Positions 38,338 through 48,600 of a stretch of 64,000 bases of DNA are shown here, one piece after another (the first letter of the stretch is position 1; each line of letters opens with the position of its first letter). Location of the stretch: contig JAKAOF010000001.1 of assembly GCA_021823345.1 (NCBI GenBank), forward strand, positions 26,062 through 90,061, given 5' to 3'. A program made the position numbers and the translations under genes. Source of the stretch: Thermoplasmata archaeon (lineage in GTDB: Archaea > Thermoplasmatota > Thermoplasmata > Lutacidiplasmatales > UBA184). The notes beneath the pieces were generated by a model that was not told where the DNA came from, did not search any database, and was given only the letters and a program-made list of their open reading frames with translations.

Positions 38338-39906
38338 ATGTCGCTCGATAAGGAGGAGTTCCGAGGGCGGACCGCGCTGGTCACGGGGGGATCTCGGGGA
38401 ATCGGCGCGGCGATCGTCCGCGAGCTGGTGGGACGAGGGATGAGCGTCGCATTCACCTACCGTGATTCCAAGGATCTCGCGAGGGGACTTGAGGAAGAAC
38501 TGGTGGGGTCGGGAGGCGAGGCGAAGGCCATTCCCCTCGCCCAGGAGCGCGAGTCCAGCGTCCGGGACGCCCTGACGGCCGCTCGCGATTGGAAGGGGCA
38601 TCTCGAGCATGTGGTGGCGAATGCCGGCATATACGCCTCGGCCGACGCCGGCTGGGACCCCCTCGACACCCTGGACCGCGTGATGGCGACCAACCTGCGG
38701 GGTACCTATGCGCTCCTTTCCGAGGCTATGCCTCACCTCAAGACCTCGCGCGGAGCATCCGTGGTCATCATCTCGTCGATCTTGGCCCGCCGGGGGCAGG
38801 TCGACGGACAGGCCTACCAATTGTCGAAGGCCGGCCTCAGCCGGCTCGGGGAGCTACTGGCATTGCACTTCGCCCCCGAGGTGCGCGTCAACACGGTGGC
38901 TCCGGGCTTCATCCGCACCGACATGAACCGGCCCGCCCACGAGGACCCAGATTTCTCCAAGAAGGTAGCCAAGTCCATCCCGCTGGGACGGTGGGGAGAG
39001 TCGGCCGACATCGCTCCCAGCGTCGCCTTCCTGCTGGGACCCCGGTCCGGATGGATCACGGGGACCACGCTCGGAGTCGATGGGGGATTGTCCATCGTCA
39101 ATCCCATCGGTCCCCGGGCGCCCGAGAAGCCCCCCGAGGCGCTCCCGTCCTCGAGCAGTGTGGCCCGGGTGGCCTTGGTCACGGGCAGTTCACGCGGGAT
39201 CGGGAAGGAGATCGCCTTGGAACTGGCGAAGGACGGGTGTGACGTGGTGGTCCATGCGCTCGACGACGTCGAGGGCGCGCGCCAAACGGCCCACGAGGTT
39301 GAGCGATGCGGCCGTCAGTCCCTTGTCGTATTGGGAGACTCGACCTTGGAAGCCGACAATCGCCGCATCGCTCGCACGGCCGTCGAGTGGAAGGGGAGGA
39401 TCGACGTGGTCGTGTCCAATGCCGGAGCGGGGTTGGCCACCCCCGTGATGGACCTCACCCGGGAGGAGGTCCACGGGATGTTGGATCTCCACACGTTGAG
39501 CGCGATGACGCTGGCGCAGGAACTCGGAGGCCCGCTCGGGCGGACACGCGGGGTGATGGTGATCAATTCCTCGATCGCCGGGATGTCCCCTTCGACCGCG
39601 ATGGTCTCCTACAGCCTCGCAAAGTCCGCATCGATCTTCTTGACCCAGGTGCTCGCCCAAGAGATGGCTCCTTGGGTGAGGGTCAACTCCGTGGCCCCCG
39701 GTTGGACCGATACCGCGCTGCTCTCTTGGATGTCGGACCGCCAACGTGCACGATGGGCGACCGAGATTCCCCTCCGCCGGCTGGGGACACCCGCCGACGT
39801 GGCGCTCGCGGTCAAGTTCCTGGTGGGAGAGGACGCCCGGTTCATCACGGGCCAGACCCTCGTGATCGACGGGGGTTTGACCCTCAAATGGGCCCTATCG
39901 GGCTGA
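38338..39906 (+). CDS. tandem short-chain dehydrogenase/reductase fusion (two SDR domains)
   Basis: Two complete SDR units, each with a TGGSRGIG / TGSSRGIG Rossmann motif and a YxxxK active site. Internal ATG 38338 of ORF 38182..39906. Confidence 0.8.
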   Translation: MSLDKEEFRGRTALVTGGSRGIGAAIVRELVGRGMSVAFTYRDSKDLARGLEEELVGSGGEAKAIPLAQERESSVRDALTAARDWKGHLEHVVANAGIYASADAGWDPLDTLDRVMATNLRGTYALLSEAMPHLKTSRGASVVIISSILARRGQVDGQAYQLSKAGLSRLGELLALHFAPEVRVNTVAPGFIRTDMNRPAHEDPDFSKKVAKSIPLGRWGESADIAPSVAFLLGPRSGWITGTTLGVDGGLSIVNPIGPRAPEKPPEALPSSSSVARVALVTGSSRGIGKEIALELAKDGCDVVVHALDDVEGARQTAHEVERCGRQSLVVLGDSTLEADNRRIARTAVEWKGRIDVVVSNAGAGLATPVMDLTREEVHGMLDLHTLSAMTLAQELGGPLGRTRGVMVINSSIAGMSPSTAMVSYSLAKSASIFLTQVLAQEMAPWVRVNSVAPGWTDTALLSWMSDRQRARWATEIPLRRLGTPADVALAVKFLVGEDARFITGQTLVIDGGLTLKWALSG

Positions 39907-40032
39907 CGACGGTCCTTCGGTCCATCCGCTGTCCTGGATCCCCCCTTCGATCGGGGGGGGAAATCCTCCGCCGACCCCGGGCGGCCGAGCGGGCACCGCA
40001 ACCCCTTAATCCACCGGTGCCTGGTCACCTGC

Positions 40033-41922
40033 GTGAATCCCAAGGAGGATTTCTCCTCGGTGGACGTCCATGCGGTCGCGGCGGAGCTCCGTTCGCTGGG
40101 AAAGGCGTGGATGGAGAAGGCCTACGACCTGGAAGGAAAGGGCCTTCTCATCACCCTGCGTACCACTGAACGGGACAAGCTCAAGCTCGTCATCGTTCCC
40201 GGACAGTACGTGGCCCTCGTATCGGGGGATGTGGGCCATCTCCCGGAACCGAGCTCGTTTGCCCAGTCCATCCGCAAGTACTTGGCCGGCCTGCCCTTGG
40301 AAGCGGTCGAGCAACCGGGCGGAGAGCGCTACCTCGAGCTATCCTTTTCGCGTTCGATGGAGGAAACGCCCCGGGTGCTCGTGATCGAGCTCTTCGGCGA
40401 GGGTAACGCGCTCGTGGTCCGCGAGGGCAAGATCGTGGCCGTGGCCACCTCCAAGGCGTGGGCGCACCGGGTGCTTCGGCCCGGCGAGGAGTATGTACGC
40501 CCTCCCTCCCGGCGCAACCCCCTCTCGCTGACCCTCAACGACATCTCGTCCGTCCTCGGCCACTCGAAGACCAATCTCGTGACCACGCTCGCTTCCCGGC
40601 TGTCGCTGGGGGGCCCGCTGGCGGAGGAGGTCGTGGCTCGGGCGGGGCTCGACCCCCAGGCGATGGCCCAGCTCGAACCGGACCGGACCGCCGGACCCGT
40701 TCTCACCGCGCTCACCTCGGTGCTGGCGGAGGTGGGGGAGACGCCCCACGGGTACCTCTACTTCACGGGAGGGTCCACCACCGACGTGCAACCCTATCCC
40801 TCCTTCCGATGGAAGGACCAACCCGACGTCCGGGTGGAGACCCTTCCCACGTTCTCCGAGGCGGCCCTGCGGTACTTCGCGGAACATCCGAAGGTCGCCA
40901 AGGAAAAGTCCGCGGAGGAGGTGGAGCGCCTGCGGCTCGAGCGCTTGCGCGCCCAACAGATGGCGGGCATTTCCGCCCTGGAAGGGATGGCGAAGGAGCT
41001 CCGAGAGGCCGCCGATGCCATCCTTTCCAATTATTCGGAGGTGGAGGAGCGGGTGAAGAAGCTCCTCGAACAGATCCCGGACGAGGATGAGGCCGAGATC
41101 GAGGTCCAGGGGAAGAAGGTGGTCATCGATCCCCGGAAGTCCCCTCGGCAGGAGGCCACCAAGCTCTACGACAAGGCGAAGAAACAGCTCCCGAAGCTCG
41201 AGGGAGCCAAGCGGGCCCTCGGCGAGACCGAAGCGGCGCTCTCCGGCATGGGCAAGAAGTCGACGAAGCGGGCGACGGCCGCGGCCACGCGGCTGCGGCC
41301 CGAACGGAAGAAGCATTTCTGGTTCGAGAAAGCCCCCCGCTGGTTCGTGGCGTCCGACGGCGTCCCCATCGTGGGAGGTCGGGATGCGAAGTCCAACGAC
41401 GGGGTCGTGAAGCGCTATCTCAAGGAGAGCGACTACTACATCCACGCGGATGTCCACGGGGCACCCAGCGTGGTCGTGAAGGTCCCGCCGGGGCAGGAGG
41501 TTTCCCCGAAGGCGCTCGAGGAGGCCGGCGCGTGGTCGGTCTCCTTCTCGAAGGCGTGGCGAGCGGCCCACGCTTCCGCGGACGCCTTCTGGGTCCGCGG
41601 GGACCAAGTGTCCAAGGCCGGGGGGTCCGGCGAGTACGTCCCGGTCGGTTCCTGGGTGATCCACGGTACGAAGCAGACGATGCGGGACCTTCCCGTGGCG
41701 CTGGCGATCGGCGAGATCACGTTCGAGGGAGAGACCCTGCTCGTGAGCGCCCCTCCCGGCGCGTTTGGCCGAGCGGGCTCTCGGGTCTTATGGAACCTCA
41801 CCCCCGGGGACGAGAAGGAGCGTTCTCGAGTGGAGAAGGAACTTTCGCGCGAGCTCGGGGTTTCGCTCGCGACGGTTCAGTCCCTTCTGCCAGGGGGCGG
41901 GGTCCGGGCCGAACGGGCGTAG
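40033..41922 (+). CDS. NFACT-family protein (Rqc2/NEMF/FbpA homolog)
   Basis: 629 aa. N-terminal NFACT-N, coiled-coil middle, C-terminal DUF814/NFACT-R (HFWFEKAPRWFVASDGVPIVGGRDAKSNDGVVKRYLKESDYYIHADVHGAPSVVVK). Confidence 0.8.
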   Translation: MNPKEDFSSVDVHAVAAELRSLGKAWMEKAYDLEGKGLLITLRTTERDKLKLVIVPGQYVALVSGDVGHLPEPSSFAQSIRKYLAGLPLEAVEQPGGERYLELSFSRSMEETPRVLVIELFGEGNALVVREGKIVAVATSKAWAHRVLRPGEEYVRPPSRRNPLSLTLNDISSVLGHSKTNLVTTLASRLSLGGPLAEEVVARAGLDPQAMAQLEPDRTAGPVLTALTSVLAEVGETPHGYLYFTGGSTTDVQPYPSFRWKDQPDVRVETLPTFSEAALRYFAEHPKVAKEKSAEEVERLRLERLRAQQMAGISALEGMAKELREAADAILSNYSEVEERVKKLLEQIPDEDEAEIEVQGKKVVIDPRKSPRQEATKLYDKAKKQLPKLEGAKRALGETEAALSGMGKKSTKRATAAATRLRPERKKHFWFEKAPRWFVASDGVPIVGGRDAKSNDGVVKRYLKESDYYIHADVHGAPSVVVKVPPGQEVSPKALEEAGAWSVSFSKAWRAAHASADAFWVRGDQVSKAGGSGEYVPVGSWVIHGTKQTMRDLPVALAIGEITFEGETLLVSAPPGAFGRAGSRVLWNLTPGDEKERSRVEKELSRELGVSLATVQSLLPGGGVRAERA

Positions 41923-42503
41923 ACCCGCACGACCTTCCCGGCCGGCGCTTCATAGCCCTCGAGGTCGTAGGTCCGCAGTCCCACGCGGATCGCGTAGATC
42001 CGGAGCGGTCGCCCCCCCACGGAGAGGATCTCCCCCACGCGCAGCACCTGTTCTCGGGGCACTTCCGTGGTAAGCGGGATGGTCTTGGGGCCCGCGCTCA
42101 AGCTGACCTTCACCCGGGCCGGGCCCTCGATGGTCGCCCAGACGGTGGAGGGAATTGCGCGAAGGGCCGGGGGTCGCGGGCCCTCCGAAGGATACTCCAC
42201 CCGGGTCACCCGGGCCCGCTTTCCCTCGACATCCAGAATGTCTCCCGGGGAGTACCGGCGGGCGGGCGCCTCGATGCGGGTCTCCCGAGAGCGTGCGCCG
42301 TCGGAGACCACCACGTGCACCGTGTTGTGGGGCGTCCGGACCTCGAACGGATGGGAATGCCGGCACTGGCCGCAGCGGGCGATGCCGGCGAGGTACCCCG
42401 CCGCCCGGTAGGCGCTCACGTGGAGCACCCGGTGGGGGGATTCCTCCCCGCAGGCGGGGCATCGCAGGGAGAGCGAGTGGATCGGCGCAGGGGGTTTCTT
42501 CAC
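41877..42503 (-). CDS. zinc-ribbon protein (possible HVO_0476-like zinc finger family)
   Basis: N-terminal CPACGE...CGQC. 208 aa. Convergent with the NFACT gene, overlapping its 3' end by 46 nt. Confidence 0.4.
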   Translation of the reverse strand: MKKPPAPIHSLSLRCPACGEESPHRVLHVSAYRAAGYLAGIARCGQCRHSHPFEVRTPHNTVHVVVSDGARSRETRIEAPARRYSPGDILDVEGKRARVTRVEYPSEGPRPPALRAIPSTVWATIEGPARVKVSLSAGPKTIPLTTEVPREQVLRVGEILSVGGRPLRIYAIRVGLRTYDLEGYEAPAGKVVRVYARSARTPPPGRRD

Positions 42504-43639
42504 AGCACGCCCATTTCGGTGAGTTTCTCGGGAAGGTAGCGGTCCGTCACGTAGTTGAGCCCGTACTTCGCGAGCGACTGCTGTTCGGCCTTGCGACCCT
42601 TCTCCAGCATGAGGGAGATCTCGGTCCTCCAGAACTGGTCGTTGAAGCGCGGGTCCGTGAGTTCGGCGTTGAGGGCGCGGATGTCCTTGTCATTCAGGTT
42701 GTCGCTCGGGAGCTTGTAGTTCTCGATGTCGGAGGCCGTGACCCCGAGGAACTGCGCCGCCGGCGTGGCGAGGTAGCCCGACAGGTGGGCGGTCTTGATG
42801 GCCCCGAAGGCGACCGAGGCGTAGATCCGGAACGACCAGGGGTCCCCGTCGGTGAAGACCACGACGGGGAGCTTGAGCTCGCCGTTGATCCGCTTGAGGA
42901 ACCGACGGGTCGAGCGCGCCGGCTGTCCCTTGAGGTGGACGAGCAGCGCATCGTGGCGCTCATCGAACCCGTTCTCCGCCAGCCGGTCCATCATGCCCCC
43001 GCACTCGATGGCCACCACGAACTTCGCGCCGGTGGAGTGGAAGGTGATCTTCTCCTTCTCAACGTTGTTCGGGAGCTGGTACCCTCCGTCCCCCACGTCG
43101 TCGCGGCAGTTGATCTTCTTCCGGACTCCCTTGCGGTTGACCTCCTCCAAGGTGAGGTCCCCGATGACGGAGGCCCCGTTCTCCTCCGGATGGAGACGGA
43201 AATCCTCTCGCAGCTTCTCGGTGAGGACCTCGAGGTCTTCGACCAGGAGGTTGGACTCGTCCTCGCTGTGGAACTTGGCCTCCTCCCACTGCTCGGAGAT
43301 GTAGTAGAGCTCCCGCAGGGTCGAGGTCTTCTGGTCCCGGGCCATCTCCCGGATGAAATCGACGATCCAGAAGGTCCGCAGGAGCATCATGGCCCCATCC
43401 ATCTTCCGGGCCGAGCGGGTACCGGTGAGGGTACCGAGCTTCCAGACCCCCTCGCGGAGGTTGAAGGCGATGTTCTGCTTGGTCCGTAGCGGGAGGCGCA
43501 TCCAGGGGATGTCCCCTCGGTCGAGCTCTTGGTAGACCTTTCCGGCGAGGGCGATCGCTTGGCGGAGGGCTTCCTCCTCCTTCCCCAGGGTCGGGGAGCT
43601 ATTCTTCGTCGTTGATTCCGGCGCTCTTTTCCGCGGCAT
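42500..43639 (-). CDS. top6A: DNA topoisomerase VI subunit A (Spo11 family)
   Basis: Catalytic-Tyr region RELYYIS, Toprim [13 protein letters not shown]. 379 aa. Confidence 0.95.
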   Translation of the reverse strand: MPRKRAPESTTKNSSPTLGKEEEALRQAIALAGKVYQELDRGDIPWMRLPLRTKQNIAFNLREGVWKLGTLTGTRSARKMDGAMMLLRTFWIVDFIREMARDQKTSTLRELYYISEQWEEAKFHSEDESNLLVEDLEVLTEKLREDFRLHPEENGASVIGDLTLEEVNRKGVRKKINCRDDVGDGGYQLPNNVEKEKITFHSTGAKFVVAIECGGMMDRLAENGFDERHDALLVHLKGQPARSTRRFLKRINGELKLPVVVFTDGDPWSFRIYASVAFGAIKTAHLSGYLATPAAQFLGVTASDIENYKLPSDNLNDKDIRALNAELTDPRFNDQFWRTEISLMLEKGRKAEQQSLAKYGLNYVTDRYLPEKLTEMGVL

Positions 43640-45605
43640 CGTAATCCACCTCCGCTTCGGCAGCAGTCTCCTTCGACAAGGTCCGGGCCTCTTCCACGAG
43701 TTCCTTCGGCACGCTCACGTCCCAGTCCCCGGGCAAGGGATCGGCTCCCAGGAGATGGGCCTCATCGATCCCGGCCACGAAGACGTCCACATCTCCGGCC
43801 TCCGGTTGGGACCCCTTGGGCCAGGAGATCGCGACCTCCTTCCGACCGTTGGTGCCGAGCCGGAAGGTGTCCCAGGTCGCGCGGCCCAGGTCCGGCTGGA
43901 CGGACTCCGGTGGCGGATCGGCCGAGAACCCGTCGGCAAGGGTCTCGCTCGGGAGCTCTAGGAACAGCTTGACCTTCTTCTCCGAGGAAGTGTAGTTCGT
44001 GAGCAGGAGCCCGCGGAACCCTTCCTTTTCGGTCCCCATCGGTTCGACCGCGACCACGTTCATGATCTTGGTGATGACCGGGGTGAGGTCGGGGACCGGC
44101 TTCCCCACCAGGGAGGAGGTCTTCTCGGCGAGGCGGGGTAGGATCTTGCGGATGATGGTGAACTTCTCGAGCGCCTGCGATCGCCGGGTCCGACGGGAGA
44201 TGTGCAGCGAGAGCGACCGGGCCGCGGCCTGGATCGCGAGCGTGAGCTCCCGGTCGATGTCCTCGGTGGCGGCGACGGCCTCCTTGGCCTCGGAGGTGAA
44301 GGGCACCTTGGTCGACACCACGTGGACGAGGAGGAGCACGGGTCCGATCGGCAGCGTCCCGCTCTTCTGCTCGAGTCCGTAGCGGCGCCATTCGACGTTC
44401 GCCACGGCCTGGGAGATGGCACACCCTCCCTGTTGGAAGAGCAAGGGCACGCGATTGGCGAACCGGAGGACCTGGATCGGTTCATCCGACGGAAGGCCTC
44501 CCCCGTAGACCAGCCCGACCTCCACCAGGAACGGACAACCGGCGTGGACCTTGGCGGGACGGCTGATGGGGTTGGCGTAGAACTCGGGGCGCGCGGTGCC
44601 GAGAACGTTCTTGAGCCCGCGCTTGATCAAGAGCGGTCCGATGGGCGAGAGGCAATCGGTCGGGGGAGGGGCCACCTTGGCGGTGAGGAGCGCCTCCAGC
44701 AATCGCTCCACCTCGGCCGAGGACAGCGCCGAAGGCTTCTCGCTCCCTTTCAGCCCCGCAGCGTGGAGCACCTCGGAAGCGGTCCGTGGCAGGATGCCGG
44801 ACAAGTTGCGAAGAAGGAAGTCCTGGACGGTCTTTGCCTCGGCGGCCTTCAGGCGTTGGAAGAGCTCCCCGAGCTCCATCCCGTGGGGATGGGGGGGGAT
44901 CTCCCGGGGGAGCGGAGGTGCCTCCTCGCTCGCCCGCTCCCAGGTCGTCCGGGTCCCATCGGGCTCGACGAGGATGAGCCGCGCGTGCGGATTGACGATG
45001 GCCGTTCCCCGCAGGTACTCGTAGGGGGAGGCGCGGCCGCGCTGGTACTTTCCCTTGAGCACGAGCTCGATCCGCGTGCCCTGGACCTTGTCGTTCCACA
45101 GCGCGGGCTCCTCCTTGAGGACCTTGGGGAGATTTCGGGAGGAGTCGATCAGCAGGTCGACCGAGACGGCGGTCGGGGCTTCCCGGACCTTGGAGATGAT
45201 ATGCGCGGGAGTGGCGGTGGTCAACCCGGCGTAGAGCACCGCCGCCGAGATACCGATCCCTTGTTGACCGCGCGCCTGGCGATTGGAATGGAACCGGCTC
45301 CCGTAGAGCAGCCGGCCGAAGACGTTGGGGATCTCCCGGCGGACGATGCCCGGACCATTGTCCTCGACGGCGATCTTCAGCCGGTCGTCGCTGACCCGCG
45401 AGATCTCCACGATGACCTCCGGGAGGATCTGGGCCTCCTCGCACGCATCGAGCGAGTTGTCGAGCGCTTCCTTTACCGTGGTCAGGGTCGCCCGCTGGGG
45501 ATTGTCGAACCCGAGGACCTGCCGGTTCCGTTCGAAGAACTCCGCGACCGAGATCTCTCGCTGCTTGGCGGCCAGCTCTTCGGCGATCGAGCGAACCTCC
45601 GGCAT
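43599..45605 (-). CDS. top6B: DNA topoisomerase VI subunit B (GHKL ATPase)
   Basis: Bergerat fold ([15 protein letters not shown]), transducer domain, acidic C-terminal tail. 668 aa. Confidence 0.95.
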   Translation of the reverse strand: MPEVRSIAEELAAKQREISVAEFFERNRQVLGFDNPQRATLTTVKEALDNSLDACEEAQILPEVIVEISRVSDDRLKIAVEDNGPGIVRREIPNVFGRLLYGSRFHSNRQARGQQGIGISAAVLYAGLTTATPAHIISKVREAPTAVSVDLLIDSSRNLPKVLKEEPALWNDKVQGTRIELVLKGKYQRGRASPYEYLRGTAIVNPHARLILVEPDGTRTTWERASEEAPPLPREIPPHPHGMELGELFQRLKAAEAKTVQDFLLRNLSGILPRTASEVLHAAGLKGSEKPSALSSAEVERLLEALLTAKVAPPPTDCLSPIGPLLIKRGLKNVLGTARPEFYANPISRPAKVHAGCPFLVEVGLVYGGGLPSDEPIQVLRFANRVPLLFQQGGCAISQAVANVEWRRYGLEQKSGTLPIGPVLLLVHVVSTKVPFTSEAKEAVAATEDIDRELTLAIQAAARSLSLHISRRTRRSQALEKFTIIRKILPRLAEKTSSLVGKPVPDLTPVITKIMNVVAVEPMGTEKEGFRGLLLTNYTSSEKKVKLFLELPSETLADGFSADPPPESVQPDLGRATWDTFRLGTNGRKEVAISWPKGSQPEAGDVDVFVAGIDEAHLLGADPLPGDWDVSVPKELVEEARTLSKETAAEAEVDYDAAEKSAGINDEE

Positions 45606-45654
45606 GTTTCCCTGGACCGTCCTCGGTCTGGGTAAATCTCCCCTCTAATAACTC

Positions 45655-48600
45655 CTATGCGCCGGAAGTGTCCCCCGGGGGGTCCTTCGGTCCGTTGCCG
45701 GACTTGCCTTTCTTCTTGAGCCAATTCTCGAGCTCTCGCGTGATGTCCTCCACGGAGTCCGGGGACCGGGCGGCGCCCCCGGGCTGCGGGGGGCGGCTGT
45801 CCTCCGGTCCACTCCCTCCCGCACCGGGTGCCGGGGGTTTCGGGGCTTCGGACCTCGGACCCTGGTTCGTCCGAGCAACGTTCGCCGAAGCCGCCCCGTC
45901 GCTGGGGCGGGTGGAGGTCGGACCCGGATGCCGGGGTCCCTCGGTAGGAACGGTCGAGGACTCGGGGGCAGGCTCGACCTTTCGCGGTTCCCGGCTTCCG
46001 GGAACGATCTCGTAACCGCAGCGTTCGCACACGAGGTCGCTCGTCACCCTTCCTCCACAAAGCACGCACGAGAGCGGGGCGTAGCTGGTGGGGGTGGTCG
46101 GTGGTGGGGAAGGAGGAAGGGTCGCCGCGGGCGGCGGGGGAATACCTTGCGCAGAGGCACCCTCTCCGTGCATGGACGTGAGCGGCATACCGGCGGACAA
46201 GCCCTCGCTGGGAGCTGCGACGGCGGTCGGCGCATCCGTCGCTCCGGGTGGCTCTCTCACTCCCGTGTTCTCGGCGCGGTTCGACGCACCGGACCGGGCG
46301 CGACGACGCCGCAGGATCAAGATTCCGACGGCAACGATCGCACCGAGGATCGCGATCACTAGAAGATAGGGGAGATACTCCGAAATCACGGAGGGGGCTT
46401 TGTTGGGTGGAGATGATGGGGACTGGACCAGCACATGCACCGTCGCGGTGGTAGCGATCGTTCCCCGAGCATCCCGCACGTCCGCCTGGAAGGAGTAATT
46501 CCCCGGGTAATCGAGCGAGAGCGCCCACTGACTCGCATCGGGGGCCTTGGTATCGTTCGTCCCGTTGAGCAACCAGACGTACTGATAGGGGGCTTGGCCA
46601 CCCTGGAGGAGGATCGTCAGTTCAAAGCCTTCACCCGTGGTCACGGAGGTCCGGTTGGCGGAGAGCGCGACGGCGAGCGGGGGGATCGCGGGATGGACAT
46701 CGAGGGTCGTGGCGGCCGTGGTCGACTGGCCGAAGGGGTCGGTGGCCAGGATCGAGACGTTGTACATCCCCGCGCTCGAGGGGACGCACGTCAGGTGGCT
46801 CGCATTGGTGGAGGTGCATCCCGACGGGAGGCCCGAGTAGTGGTACGTATAGGGAAGGTCTCCGCCGGTCACCTGGACCGAGAGATTCGTGCCCTGGCCC
46901 AGGGTAAGATTGCTCGGAAGCGCCTGGAATGACAGGACCTTGAGCGCGGGAGGGGCCACGCCCACCAGGTCGCTGGGGGACATGGTGTGGACCGCTGGAA
47001 TCCCGACCGAAGAATCCGAGACGGAGTAGCAATAGTAGGTCGCGGAGGTCGGGGTGACATTGAGGTCCATCCCGTGGGCGCTCGCCACCAGGCTGTCCAA
47101 CCCACAGTTCGACTGGGCACCGGAGTACCACGCGAGGAGGTACGGGGGTGACCCGCCCAGGGGGCTGGCCTTCAGGAGGAGCGACTGGCCGATCGAGATC
47201 GTGGGGTTCCCGGGAGTGATGCTCCCTGCGCCGAGCGCCGGGCGGACCGTCACGATCGACCAGTTGGAGGCGACCACGGCCGGAGTGCTCGCATGGTCCG
47301 TTACGAGGTAGCAGAATTTCGCGGTGGTCGTGGGGGCGACGGTGAGGTGGGTCGAATTGCTGTTCGCCACCATGGTCCCATTGCTGCACGAGGACGGTGA
47401 CCCGCTGCTCTCGTACCATTGGAGCGACCATGGGAGGGTGCCTCCGGAGGGGGTCGCGGTCAGGTTCAAGGACTGACCCACATCGATCGACGAGTTCCCC
47501 GGAGACGGCCCGGCGGCACGTAGCGCGGGGTTGACCGTGACCAGGGACCAGGATGAATCTACGACCGACGGGGTCGTGGCACTGTCGCTGACGATGTAGC
47601 AAAAGTACGCGGTGCCCGACAGCGCCCCGGTCCACGACGCCCCGGTCGCGCCCGAAACGGGGGCCCCGGAACTACAAGGTATGGTGTTCTGCGAGCTCGA
47701 GTACCACTGGAACGAGTAGGGCAAGGTCCCTCCGGTGGGCGCCGACGAGAGGCGGACGGACTGCCCGATATCGATGGCGACGGAGGTGGGAGAAGGCGGA
47801 CCCGCAAGCAGGCTCGAGTTCACCACGGCCCACGCGGTCGGAGACTGCGACCCGGCCGAGGGACTTCCCAAGGAACTGTCCCCGACAAAGTAGCAGTAGT
47901 ATCGCGTGGCATTGAGGAGGACGGTGTAGTTCCACGCGGTTGCGCCCGTAATGACGGAATCACTTGCACAGGAGGATGAGTTGCCCGAGAACCATTGGTA
48001 GGAGTAGGGGGGGGCTCCACCGGATACGTTGGAGGAAAGGTGGAGCAGTTGTCCCGCGTCCACCTTGCCGGTCGGGGGGATCGGCGTGTTCGCCGACAGC
48101 ACCGGGTACACTTTCACCGTATCCAACGTGGAACTGCTACTCGCCCCGGCCAAGTCGGTCACGGTGTAACAGTAGGAGGTGTTCGTCGTCGGTGCGACGG
48201 ACAGGCTCGTGCCGGTCGCACCCGAGACCACGGAGTTACTGGAACAGGACGAGAGGTTCCCGGTGTACCACTGGTACGTATAGGGGGAGGTCCCTCCCGA
48301 GATGCTGACCGAGAGGGCGATGGACTGGCCGGAGTCGATCGCCGGCGTACCCGGGGTCGCGGGTCCGGCCGCCACGGGCGCGATGGTCGATCCATAGGAT
48401 GCGGTCGGCATCACGCCATTGGGGGGGTAGGCATGGACGCGCGCCCACTGCAAGGAAATGCTCGCGGTGGACAAGCTGGCGGCGACCAGGGCATAGCTCA
48501 CGTACTCGGCACTGGGAAGCGCATAGGTGGTGCTTGTCCCCGCGTACGCCACGTAATTCTCGTACCACGTCTGACTCCCCGTGGCGGTCCACGCTCCCCC

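Noticed and set aside
40339-41664. 441-aa minus-strand ORF antisense to the NFACT gene
   Set aside because: Arg/Gly/Pro-rich. NFACT domains on the plus strand are clear.
44202-45635. 477-aa plus-strand ORF antisense to top6B
   Set aside because: Antisense to the conserved GHKL ATPase. Low complexity.
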